Of a stretch of 64,000 bases of DNA, positions 35,801 to 44,325 are shown one piece after another. The notes beneath the pieces are model-generated. The model did not search any database and was not told the DNA's origin. It saw only the letters and a program-made list of their open reading frames with translations. This DNA comes from an uncultured Sulfitobacter sp. (GTDB taxonomy: Bacteria > Pseudomonadota > Alphaproteobacteria > Rhodobacterales > Rhodobacteraceae), in assembly GCF_964021855.1 (NCBI RefSeq), contig NZ_CAXHZD010000006.1, forward strand, positions 18,213 through 82,212, written 5' to 3'. The position numbers were made by a program, and so were the translations under genes. Position 1 is the first letter of the stretch, and each line of letters begins with the position of its first letter.

Positions 35801-38632
35801 ACTCTGTGTGCTGCGGACTACTGTTTGCTCGTTCTCAAGGTCAACAAAACCTAGCGTCGAATCTAGCGTTTTGATCATCGCATCAAGAGTTTGGCGGCGC
35901 GCCGGCACTTTGGCCTTGGCCGCAATATCTTTTATAGCTTCGTCTTCGTCGATTAGCATCTGCGACGTTAGCTGTGTGGTCGTTGCAATCCCTTGCTCAC
36001 TACGGGATGACCGCACAGCTGCGCGTCGGCCACTCATAGGCAAATCGGCAGCTGTCAAAGAATTGGGCTGCTGTTTGGCCTCAAAATACGCCCGGCGCTT
36101 TGCAACCTCGGCCAAAGCATCCACTGTGCATTCTGCCAGAGCAAACTGTTCAGACCGCATCTCACCCTTGCGGAGCGGAACTAGGCGGGAACCGCGATGC
36201 TTCAAGTCGTTGGTGCGGGTCACGGTGACTTCAGTTCCGACCGGTAAAGTCTCTTCTTGAACAAGAAAAGCATGTGTTGCAGGACGCAACCCGTTGAGAG
36301 AGTATTTGCCATCAATATCAGTAACGACGGAAATACCTTCTTGGGTTACAATCCGCACACCCGGGACGCCAGGTTCAGAGGTGCCGCCGCGGATTCCGTC
36401 TGCGTTACAATCCATAAAGACAGACCCGATTACAGTGCCTTGACGGGAAAATACGCCACCGGAATTATCCAATCGTACCATAGTGCGTGCAACGGGTGAC
36501 TGACGCGGTGTACCTGTACCAGCTTGGCGGCCAGATAGAACTGCAGTGTTTTCATTCCGACCTTCACGCGCTGCGGCGGTGAATTGCATGACGTAAGTCA
36601 GTTCATGCGATGTAAGCGGCTCCAGAAGGCCAAGGTCAAACAACATATCACCATTTTGGTCAGTTTCAGGCTCCGCGATAGGCAAGCCGTTCATGAAAAC
36701 AGAACCAGCAACGAGAGTGACACCGAAGGGCGGATGATCGAGCAACTCCGTACCAACAAGACCTTGATGCATGTTGTTGGTAAAATTCAGCGTGTAGTTT
36801 ACGAATTCGCCAGTGTTAACGGTTTCGCGGTCGGCGGTCTTTAGCAAGGACAGCGGTGCCCCATAGTGAGGATCAACGGGTATGTCCGAAACGGACATCA
36901 TGCCCCCAGTATGGCTAAAAGAAGCGCCAAAGCCTGCCTGCATTACAGTTCGGCCCGTCCTGGAAAAGTCGGCACGGACCGAAGGAAATTCCCATGTTGG
37001 CGCATCGATAATTTCGTAGTGGTATTGTCCGGCTGACATATCTCCGAAGGTAAAGAAGCCACGCGGATCGGTATCGGTCATGGCTAGTTGACGACCCGAC
37101 GTCGCATCAACCAGCGCGATTGATATTCCTTCCACGGGTGCATTTGTTATCGAGTTGAACAGAAAGTTGCCCGGGTTGACCAGCAGGTCATCCTTAAGTC
37201 GATTGTCGCCACATTGAGCTGTCGCGGCTAGAGTGTCGCCGCGGTAGGAGGCTATGACGCCGTCGCCAGATGTAACAACATTCATGTCGGCGATCGGGAG
37301 CGCGGCAGTTTGAAATATCCCGGTGTTGGGGCCAGTTTCTGTGGCAGCAATCATTTCGACGTCGCCAGTTTGGACGCTGCGGATCGTGACCGTGGTATAA
37401 TCCACATCCGTTGATAAATTGCACTGACCCGAGGTCAGGCGCAGCCGTGTATCGCTGCCGAGAACACCAAACTCTTCATCTTCTCCAGATTGCGGATTTT
37501 CAAAGCGAAGCGCACCTGCGCCGGTATTAAGCCGGTCGAACACCGTCGTGTTCGAGTCAACAGCAGCGCTAAAACCATCAGCTTCGAGGAAAGCCGTGGC
37601 CGTGTTCACTACTTTGACGTCGCCTACAGCGGCTGGCAAACTAACCGAAAACGCTGGATCCGTAGCACGTCCGACAGGGTAATCCCCCTCAAGGAAAAAG
37701 CCGATGGCGTCGATCTCTTCGACCTGCTGTGGTTGGGTCGTTTGGTAAGTATGAACTGGTGTGCCAACCAGATGAAACATTGCTGTCATACCGCCGGTGT
37801 CCGTGATCGCGCGAAACACCGTATTGAGGGGGATCATGTCACGCACCAGAACGCCTGTACGGTCTGCGCCATCAATGTTCAAAACCTGGCCGGAAACTGT
37901 AGAATAGCTTGGTACGGGAAGCTCGGAATTATTGCGAACCCGCAGCGTGTAGTCGATGATCGTCGCCGTGTCAGTATCACGTAGCACTTGCGATTTTTCG
38001 ATCTCAAGCGAACCGCTGATAATTTTTGCTTCGCCTTGCCCTGCGGCTTCAATGCCCAGTGGCACGGCGGCATTGTCCTGTGTTGCGGCCGTCACTAACA
38101 ACATCGATTTCAATTGGTTGCCGGGTGTGGCGTTGGATGACACGCGGAACTCATAAATCAGTTGCATACGCTCGTCTGCGAGCAGCGAAATCGGGGCAGA
38201 AAGATCAAAGCGACGCTCTCGATCATCAATTAGTCCATCGGCGTTTAAATCCGCCATCAAAACACCGTCACCCATGAGCGAGGCACCAATTTGGTCTTCA
38301 GCTATCAACTGTGCATCTAGTGGGACGTTGCCGTTATTGTGAATTTCAAAGTAGTATTGTGCCAATGCGCCACGGGTTAAATACAAGTTGGAAAAGCCCG
38401 AGACTTCGATGCTTGGAATTGCAAGAACCGTAGCTTCGACAGGGTTTGAATAGACGGTTTCAACCATTCCAAGACTACTGTTGAAATACGACGTTTGCGC
38501 GATGTTCCGAATAAGGGTGCCACCGGGGGTCGGCGCTGCCATCGCGGTCTGAGAAAGAACAAGAAGGGCGACGAGCACAGTCTGGATAATAGTCACGGCA
38601 CGTGGGCCTGCTGTCTGAAGAAAACTGCGCAT
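32894..38632 (-). CDS. Very large outer-membrane/surface protein: signal peptide, DUF11-type and Cna-B/SdrD-B-like beta-sandwich domains, Ig-like domain, and a C-terminal ~700-750-aa predicted beta-barrel
   Basis: The ATG at 38632 has AAGGAG 7 nt upstream; the ORF track begins at the TTG at 38656. The signal peptide is AVTIIQTVLVALLVLSQTAMA. DUF11-like segments include LSLLKTADRETVNTGEFVNYTLNFTN. The SdrD-B-like segment is GSVFMDCNADGIRGGTSEPGVPGVRIVTQEGISVVTDIDGKYSL. The last ~750 aa show alternating-hydrophobic strands and end in ...LYQEGFYFRFNLLL. Confidence 0.9.
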   Translation of the reverse strand: MRSFLQTAGPRAVTIIQTVLVALLVLSQTAMAAPTPGGTLIRNIAQTSYFNSSLGMVETVYSNPVEATVLAIPSIEVSGFSNLYLTRGALAQYYFEIHNNGNVPLDAQLIAEDQIGASLMGDGVLMADLNADGLIDDRERRFDLSAPISLLADERMQLIYEFRVSSNATPGNQLKSMLLVTAATQDNAAVPLGIEAAGQGEAKIISGSLEIEKSQVLRDTDTATIIDYTLRVRNNSELPVPSYSTVSGQVLNIDGADRTGVLVRDMIPLNTVFRAITDTGGMTAMFHLVGTPVHTYQTTQPQQVEEIDAIGFFLEGDYPVGRATDPAFSVSLPAAVGDVKVVNTATAFLEADGFSAAVDSNTTVFDRLNTGAGALRFENPQSGEDEEFGVLGSDTRLRLTSGQCNLSTDVDYTTVTIRSVQTGDVEMIAATETGPNTGIFQTAALPIADMNVVTSGDGVIASYRGDTLAATAQCGDNRLKDDLLVNPGNFLFNSITNAPVEGISIALVDATSGRQLAMTDTDPRGFFTFGDMSAGQYHYEIIDAPTWEFPSVRADFSRTGRTVMQAGFGASFSHTGGMMSVSDIPVDPHYGAPLSLLKTADRETVNTGEFVNYTLNFTNNMHQGLVGTELLDHPPFGVTLVAGSVFMNGLPIAEPETDQNGDMLFDLGLLEPLTSHELTYVMQFTAAAREGRNENTAVLSGRQAGTGTPRQSPVARTMVRLDNSGGVFSRQGTVIGSVFMDCNADGIRGGTSEPGVPGVRIVTQEGISVVTDIDGKYSLNGLRPATHAFLVQEETLPVGTEVTVTRTNDLKHRGSRLVPLRKGEMRSEQFALAECTVDALAEVAKRRAYFEAKQQPNSLTAADLPMSGRRAAVRSSRSEQGIATTTQLTSQMLIDEDEAIKDIAAKAKVPARRQTLDAMIKTLDSTLGFVDLENEQTVVRSTQSIRVKGKADLTLALLLNGRALGSDRIGERTKWEETNVQAMEFTAVKLNAGENTLTLIGKDGFGIERMRKEIKLIAPGKPSKFEIIMPEKAAASPASIVPVVVRVLDARGLPVPASGTVTLSARRALWDVTDIRPGTPGVQAYLDNGEATFGIIPPQIAGQDLITVTGSFGTAEVAVTFTPDLQERVLIGVIEGAVSLGQNSGTLLDKDRFSSFEDTATGLRGEMYLKGAIRGDALLTLRYRSDRDTEDRLFRDVRGDEYYPVYGDSSERGQDAQSSGNLFVKVEKGRSYILYGDIATEPEASALKLDGMRRVATGAKAHWENDKVSVTVFGARTAQEQKVQEIRGRGVSGPYDLELGSYVQGTERVEILVRDKQGGDILSSTSMRRGTDYILDFFRNTITFNAPVRQFDREGNLVSIRVTYEVETAGSETYWLYGGEVNYALGERTTIGARAVHADAPTGNPSRERLQSGYLRHEDKFGAIWEAEVARSEDPDGKIAGAARLSYEIQTERQRLSLTTVHTGTNFLARGSLARSGTTQARLNYGYEIDRLSDIELGAELVRDRINNTDRVSVEALYTRQLSKYLRGDIGLEYRYDRLQGASKNQTSLVLGTHWTPKDRPNTVIQAQLRHPLSAGDAPIELTLGMYREAAPGWRVHGEYELRFDDKNVMSRATHGFTFTLNEWVSGRTELSNGGWQTDTVLTQAVDADFKLNKATSLSLGIEHSRSMETNESELTSTAVGVKWDSGDGGWVGDADFDATFENSGDTYYASLGLAGQITPEITVLGRSRIALDQRNGQNQRRMRTRLGGAYRPLSDPRLEVLAWYEHRLEEKYSTTESHLWSADAAYEAGSDLRLNGKYAGQHQKAHVGDSNSAASTTQLLQAGVNYEFADDRFQIGINAAHLWDDAGNTTNGLGAEFGFVPTKGTMLAIGYNKAKGKTARSADLYQEGFYFRFNLLLDNSLWDQLDQFLGT

Positions 38633-38722
38633 CAGTCGGCTCCTTTCAAAATTCAAGTTTGGGGATTGGCGGCTGATGGTGACCCCGGCCGAGGGACGGG
38701 AGCCGGGGCCACGAAAGCCTGC

Positions 38723-41362
38723 TTAGTTGTTCACCTGAACGGTGAACTCCAAGCGGGCAGACCCACCGGGGAGGATCGAGCCATGGGTGCTCGATACGTT
38801 GGACGGCGTAACCGTCGCGGTGCTGCCGGCAGGAAAGAGGCTCTCTGAACAAAGGCCACCACAGTTGATGACGGTGGTATAGGCTGGGGCAGCATCAGAG
38901 ATCGTCACGTTGGTTGCTGTCGAAGAACCGGTGTTTTCAGCTTCGACCATGTAGCGGATACACTGGCCAGGTTCGACTTCTTGACGAGTTTTGCTGAAGG
39001 TGCCGACGGTCCCATTACAATCTGCGTCAATGTACTGGTACTTGCTCAGTGTCATGTCGCCCGAAATGATTGTGATCCGGTCCTCAATTGCATTGTCGGC
39101 ACCGTCAGCATCGGTCTGGGTTCCATTGTTCAACGTTGTATCCAAGCTGAGGGTGCCAATTTCGGTCACGCCTGCGGTCGCAGTCGATGGGGTCTGCACG
39201 CGGTAAATCAGCGAGATGCTGTCGCCCGGAGCAAGCCCGTTTACGCCAGCCGAAACACCATCTGTCAGGTCGTCAAAGTTGTCGACAACTGGCTCTGAAG
39301 GGTCAATTACGCCGTTGCCGTTTTGATCCCAGAAAATTGCGCCTGAAAAGTTGGTCAGACCAGTTTCTGTGATTGCCCCTTCGGTAATGGCAACGTTGCC
39401 TTCGTTGGTGACCGTGTGGGTCAACTCTACAATGCCACCAGGTGCAGCCTGCGCGTTTTGATCATCAATGATCCTAACGTCGTAAATTTCGTTGACGGCC
39501 ACCTGATTGACGATACGGTCGCCCTGTCCTGAAACCGAGGAGACAAGTGCGATATCGACTAGCGTGTTACCTGGAAGCGCGTCCTCGGTAGGTGTCACGA
39601 TGACTTGGAAGGTTGTGCTATCACCCGCCGGAATGGTGCCGGTGTTGGTTGCCACGCTGCCGTCGGCCGCGCGGAATTGGACTGTCCAGCCTGCAGGAAG
39701 CGGCTGCGCCAGCGACAAGTTGAAGCTGTCGGAGACCGGACCTTCGTTTTGAACCAGCATATCGAAGGTGACGGGCTGACCCGGGTCGGTTGGTTCGGTA
39801 ATCCAAGCTGCACCGGCATTGGTCGGGGCCGCACCATCGCCTTCGACGCCAACTACTGCGTTTTCAAGATCGACCGAAGCTGCAAGAATAGCGCCTGTGA
39901 ACTCGGCAGTAGACACATCCGAGACGCCAGAGCCATCCGAAGTGGTGGTAATTGTCGCAGTATAGTTTGTGGTGGTCGTGGGTGTCAGAGCAGTTGGCAA
40001 GGTCGCAACTAGGATTACTTTTGCGCTGTCGCCGATGGCCAGCGGGCCAACAGAGCCAACAATTGGGGTTACACCATCAGCACCGACAAAGCGAAAGGTC
40101 GTACCATCAGGGAAGTCGACGTTATCGACCTGCAAAGATAAGCTGTCCGCTTTATTGGACCGGTTAGTCAGGACGAATTCTTGCTTGATCACGCCACCTT
40201 GATAGACATCGCCGGATTCGGTGACGACGTCGTCGTTTGCCGCATCATCGTCGGTTGCTGAAGCGATTGCGGTGTTTGGGGAACCGTCTGCGTTGATGGC
40301 CGTGTCGGCGATGGAAATAGCGTATTTGTTGTCAACAACGATGGAAGCAGTGTTCGACGGTGGGAAGGCAGTGCCATCTACCTCCTGCGAGGCCACGTTG
40401 GTAATAGTCCCAGCATTGGCTGTGTCAGCGACAACCGCTTGGAAGGTTACGCTGCCTGACCGGCCTGAACCGACCGATGACAAGTTGAAGTTTATTGTTT
40501 GGGCATCGTCGTAGTCCCAAGCGATGGTTTCGCCCGATCCATTTGTGCCATCAGTCAATGTCGAAGCGTTGTCGTCATCAAGCGGAGCAGTTGCGTCTGA
40601 CCAGCGTGCCGAACCCGGCACATAAGACAGATTGTTGTCCAAAACATCCTGTACCACATAGTTATTTGCGGCGGCGAGTCCGGTGCTCGAGTAAGTTAAT
40701 GTGATCGTGACAGTGTCACCAGCATCGACGATGTTTGGATTGCCGGCCGAAGCTGCGTCAGCAACCATCGATTTGACCAATTCCACAATGGCATCGTTCG
40801 ATATGGTCAGCGTGTCGGTGTTTGTGCTTAGCTCGGATCCGTCTAGCGCTGAAACCGCAGTAACGGTGATCGTGTCGGAACCAGCAGCATTTGATGGAAC
40901 GGAGGCTTCGATTACAACGCCAAACTGTTCGCCTGGTGCCAAGACTGGGGTTTCCGTCAAAGGTGTCGCGCTGTCGGCAACGCCATCCATGTTAGCATCC
41001 GGGTAAAAAACCAACTGTGAGGTATTCAGTGTACCAGAATCGTCCTCAACGGCAGTCAGCAAGAAATTATCTGAACCGTTGCCTTCGTTGGTGATGATGT
41101 GTGGCAGGAAGGCTTTGCCACCTGGTGCGATGGTCTCGGTGTTATCAGAGGTCAATGTGACACCAGCCACCTGCTGAACGATTGTTTCGACTGTGTTGGA
41201 GGTGACGGTGATCGTATCACCGGCCGAGTTTGTATAGGTTGCCACGGCTTGGTTGCCGATGACCGAACCTGCTTCGGGGGTTGCGCCGAAAGCACCGGAG
41301 CCGAGGACGGAGCATAAGGCCGCCGCACTTGCTGAGCGCATAAAACGAGAATGATAGGCCAC
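38723..41362 (-). CDS. Secreted DUF11 (conserved repeat domain) multi-repeat surface protein, 879 aa
   Basis: The GTG start has AAGGAA ~9 nt upstream. The signal peptide is SAAALCSVLGSGAFGA. There are multiple beta-sandwich repeats with DUF11-like signatures (GDTVTITLTYSSTG, GQCIRYMVEAENTGSSTATNVTISDAAPAYT). The gene lies 66 nt upstream of the next gene. Confidence 0.9.
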   Translation of the reverse strand: MAYHSRFMRSASAAALCSVLGSGAFGATPEAGSVIGNQAVATYTNSAGDTITVTSNTVETIVQQVAGVTLTSDNTETIAPGGKAFLPHIITNEGNGSDNFLLTAVEDDSGTLNTSQLVFYPDANMDGVADSATPLTETPVLAPGEQFGVVIEASVPSNAAGSDTITVTAVSALDGSELSTNTDTLTISNDAIVELVKSMVADAASAGNPNIVDAGDTVTITLTYSSTGLAAANNYVVQDVLDNNLSYVPGSARWSDATAPLDDDNASTLTDGTNGSGETIAWDYDDAQTINFNLSSVGSGRSGSVTFQAVVADTANAGTITNVASQEVDGTAFPPSNTASIVVDNKYAISIADTAINADGSPNTAIASATDDDAANDDVVTESGDVYQGGVIKQEFVLTNRSNKADSLSLQVDNVDFPDGTTFRFVGADGVTPIVGSVGPLAIGDSAKVILVATLPTALTPTTTTNYTATITTTSDGSGVSDVSTAEFTGAILAASVDLENAVVGVEGDGAAPTNAGAAWITEPTDPGQPVTFDMLVQNEGPVSDSFNLSLAQPLPAGWTVQFRAADGSVATNTGTIPAGDSTTFQVIVTPTEDALPGNTLVDIALVSSVSGQGDRIVNQVAVNEIYDVRIIDDQNAQAAPGGIVELTHTVTNEGNVAITEGAITETGLTNFSGAIFWDQNGNGVIDPSEPVVDNFDDLTDGVSAGVNGLAPGDSISLIYRVQTPSTATAGVTEIGTLSLDTTLNNGTQTDADGADNAIEDRITIISGDMTLSKYQYIDADCNGTVGTFSKTRQEVEPGQCIRYMVEAENTGSSTATNVTISDAAPAYTTVINCGGLCSESLFPAGSTATVTPSNVSSTHGSILPGGSARLEFTVQVNN

Positions 41363-41415
41363 TTTTAAAGTTCCTTGATATGATTGATGTAAGAGTAAGG
41401 GGTAGGGGTGACTGA

Positions 41416-41928
41416 TCAGTCGACCCGGACGCGGTAGGTGTTAAGGGCAGTTTCACCGGCCTTTAACGGTTCTGAGAATGTCCAGCGAACCGAGGCGATC
41501 TCAGTTTCGGGCAGGGGCTCTTTGTCCAGGGTGCCATCAGCGTTAGCGACCAAACGCATCGCGGGCAGTGTGGACCACTCAAGACCTTCTTGCTCTGGAT
41601 CGAGTTCAGCTTGGACTTCGAATACCGCTGCGATCGAGGCGGTTTCGCCGCCCAGCGTGAGCGACACGCCCTCGGGCACAGGAGCCGCGATCACGATGCC
41701 TGCCATTGCGTCGGCAGAAGTATTTTCGTGCCGCAGCTGGTATTGGATAATTTCACCCGGCCGGACACTGGTGCGCTCGACAAGTTTTTGCTGACCGTCG
41801 TCGTTCGTTTCAACTACGAGGAAGGAGAAGCTACTAGATAGGGCTTCTGCGGCGGCTGGAAGAACCATCATCGACAGGGCCATTCCGGTGACGATCGCTC
41901 TTGGTATATTGGGGAGATAAATATGCAT
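41416..41928 (-). CDS. Small secreted single-domain DUF11-like protein (170 aa)
   Basis: The signal-like segment is MALSMMVLPAAAEA, with an alternative start at 41883. It contains PGEIIQYQLRHENTSADAMAGIVIAAPVPEGVSL. It lies 53 nt upstream of the 879-aa gene on the same strand. Confidence 0.7.
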   Translation of the reverse strand: MHIYLPNIPRAIVTGMALSMMVLPAAAEALSSSFSFLVVETNDDGQQKLVERTSVRPGEIIQYQLRHENTSADAMAGIVIAAPVPEGVSLTLGGETASIAAVFEVQAELDPEQEGLEWSTLPAMRLVANADGTLDKEPLPETEIASVRWTFSEPLKAGETALNTYRVRVD

Positions 41929-42387
41929 TTGGGTTTCCCATTCAGGCCAAATCGAAATCCGGCTGTTACAATCAACGGACCCACAAAGAGCGCCGTAGTT
42001 GTTATATTTCCGGAACGGGATTCAAATGCATCTGAGCAAAAAGGTAGAAACAAGCACCTTTAGATTTCGAGCTATACTTTCGAATATGGATGACCACCAA
42101 ACGTGCCAACTTTCGTGGGTTTATGTTTGAAATTGCGCTCGGTTGGAAAATTTTCGGGTGTTCAACACATCAGAAACAAACAAATTTCGACGCCAGCATG
42201 ATGGAGTTTTGAAGCCATTATCCATCAGTTTTGACTTTTGAAATTCTGAAGCGATTGAGTGCGTGTTCGTCCAAATTTAAATTTGGGAGCAGTGAACGAA
42301 GTGGTGTGGTATGCCGGGGTGTGAGCCTTATCCACCTATTGATCCTGCCGGTGTGCGGGCAATGGTTGAACTTGGCCCTTCCACATT

Positions 42388-42411
42388 CGCAGGAGATCGC
42401 GATCTCCTGCG
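42388..42411. promoter_or_regulatory. 24-nt perfect palindrome CGCAGGAGATCGCGATCTCCTGCG in the 548-bp leader upstream of the DUF11 operon
   Basis: I read it directly from the sequence and every position pairs. It lies between the response-regulator stop (42477) and the first DUF11 gene start (41928). Confidence 0.3.
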
Positions 42412-42476
42412 TGGTGATGCTGATGCTACTTTATGGGCGGCAAATAAAAATGCCCGCCAGCAGCCATCAATGTCGT

Positions 42477-43091
42477 TCAGATAAATCCGGCGCTTCGAGC
42501 AATCATTGCGGCATCCGTGCGGTTTCTTGCATCCAGTTTTTTGCACAATGTCTTAACATGCAATTTGATGGTCACTTCTTGAAGGTCTAGCTCACGGGCA
42601 ATTTCCTTATTGGATCTTGCGTTCATCAAACCTCGTAGAACTTGCCTTTCACGTTCCGAAAGCGCTTTTTCAAAATCGGTCTCTTCAGGGTCGTCCTTGC
42701 CTGACATGAAATTAACCGGCGCGTAGATTTCTCCGGCAACCATGAAACGTACAGCATTGACCAATGATTTCGCCGGAAGCGTCTTCGGCAGGAAACCAAT
42801 CGCTCCCATAGCTAGCGCCTGCTCGGCGATCAGACGTGTCGCTGTGCCGGAAATAAGCCCGACAGGTTTTCCGTCATTAGCATCCAGCACCGTCTGTAGA
42901 CCGTCCAGCCCGTTCATTCCGGGCATGGTGTAGTCAAGTAGAACGAGATCAAACGGGCCTTCTGATTTAACTTTTGCAAGGGCTTCTTGCAGATTTGATG
43001 CGGCGGTTGTTTCAGACGTGCCATCTGCATCAAGAAACATGGCGATAGTCTCACGAACCATGTCGTGATCATCGGCGATCAGAATTTTCAT
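42477..43091 (-). CDS. NarL/FixJ-family response regulator (REC + LuxR-type HTH)
   Basis: REC motifs are MKILIADDHDMV, DLVLLDYTMPGMNG and FLPKT. The HTH reads LSERERQVLRGLMNARSNKEIARELDLQEVTIKLHVKTLCKKLDARNRTDA. Confidence 0.9.
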   Translation of the reverse strand: MKILIADDHDMVRETIAMFLDADGTSETTAASNLQEALAKVKSEGPFDLVLLDYTMPGMNGLDGLQTVLDANDGKPVGLISGTATRLIAEQALAMGAIGFLPKTLPAKSLVNAVRFMVAGEIYAPVNFMSGKDDPEETDFEKALSERERQVLRGLMNARSNKEIARELDLQEVTIKLHVKTLCKKLDARNRTDAAMIARSAGFI

Positions 43092-43311
43092 AGTGAAAAA
43101 AAGCCCTCCTCCTAGCCACCACCAGTTAAATCACGAACACCTATACTGCAAAACGTCCGTCAATAACACAGGGTATTGTTCGTTGAAGCAAACCGTTCCC
43201 ATGGTTTGGTAGACCAACAAATAAGTGTCTAGGATACACAAAAGTGGTTTGGGGCTAAATAGTCAATGCCGCTTTGGTGTTGAGTTGCAACGCGCCGTTT
43301 GACATGATGAA

Positions 43312-43731
43312 GTGGCTTTAGAGACCGTTTATACCGAAACCGCCAACCAACAAATAGGTACTGAAACAATAGAAGACGCTGAGATTTCCAATAACTCCGT
43401 TCTGCACGGCCCCAAGTACTCAGACCTGCTTGAATTGCTTGGCCACGATAGGCTGTCGGAACGGGTTGTGGCGCTAATTCAACGTATTGAGGCAGATTTG
43501 CCTGCACTGTTAGCGGCATCGACGGTTTCGGATCTACAGACGCGGGCGCATGCCATGGCGGGACTGTGCGGTATATTCGGCATAGATCGCCTGTACGCTT
43601 TGCTTGGCGAAGTTGAATCCGCCTGCAAGGATGACGATTGGCTAAAAGCGCAAGATATTGTCGAGCTTCTTCCGAGAATTTGGCAGCAGACCCGCACTGC
43701 TTTGCGTCAGAAAATTGCTGGCCCAGCGTAG
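43312..43731 (+). CDS. Putative Hpt (histidine phosphotransfer) domain protein
   Basis: It has a GTG start. LQTRAHAMAGLCGIFGIDRL resembles the Hpt HxxKG...G phospho-histidine helix, and the protein looks all-helical. It is divergent from the response regulator. Confidence 0.5.
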   Translation: MALETVYTETANQQIGTETIEDAEISNNSVLHGPKYSDLLELLGHDRLSERVVALIQRIEADLPALLAASTVSDLQTRAHAMAGLCGIFGIDRLYALLGEVESACKDDDWLKAQDIVELLPRIWQQTRTALRQKIAGPA

Positions 43732-44013
43732 GGCCACTTCCAGCAGCTGGCCTTCGGCCCTGATAAACGGCGCACTCTGCAGATTAGCTGCACTCCTTGC
43801 CCTGCGGCGCACGTATGGGAACTATGCTTCAGGATAGTCAAATTATACACAAGTACGGGCGCGCGCTTGTTCAGGGTAAGCTATCATTAATGCACGCCCT
43901 CCGCGACTGAGTGTCAGACGCAAGAGAACGGAACATACCGACCTAGCGCTACGGCCACGGGTCAAAGCGCCGATTGAAAGGGTCTCGTGAGACTTGAGAC
44001 CTGTCTTTATCTT

Positions 44014-44056
44014 GCAACCTGACATGCCGCTCCCCATGCCCCCCAGGGGGGCGGCA
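44014..44056 (+). terminator. Candidate Rho-independent terminator in an otherwise gene-free stretch
   Basis: ATGCCGCTCCCC (44014-44025) pairs with GGGGGGCGGCAT (44036-47). That gives 12 bp with one G-U pair and a ~10-nt loop, followed by TTTCTTTTG. Confidence 0.5.
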
Positions 44057-44325
44057 TTTTCTTTTGTAAAAATACTCTTGTCGTATTCGCCTCCGCTGGG
44101 GGTCCGACATCGGCGAATGATCGATCCCACGCAAATTCTTGAATTTTCTACCCCAAAGCATAGCCAGCTATGCGCCTTGGTATGGGAGTTGGCCGTCTGA
44201 TCCTTAGCCTTAAACCCTGCAAGCTGCGACATAGGGCAACATAAGAGGATCATGGCAAAATTTCGTAGCGGGGGCCTCATGCGCGAGCCCTAAGTTCGCC
44301 GAATGCCGTGATCCGCAAGTACTGA

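Noticed and set aside
42430-42476. A possible terminator hairpin (GGGCGGCA-AATAAAAA-TGCCCGCC) just after the response-regulator stop.
   Set aside because: The arms are not properly complementary; at best they give 4 + 2 bp with a mismatch or bulge. There is also no T-tract after the stem on the relevant minus strand.
42231-42590. A 119-aa plus-strand ORF that covers the palindrome and overlaps the 3' end of the response-regulator gene.
   Set aside because: It runs antisense to a well-supported gene at its 3' end, has no SD, and its composition is implausible.
43843-44280. A 145-aa minus-strand ORF in the gap between the Hpt gene and the adhesin gene.
   Set aside because: It has no SD, odd Cys/Arg-rich composition and no motif. 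It also spans the plus-strand terminator hairpin. I treat the region as non-coding.
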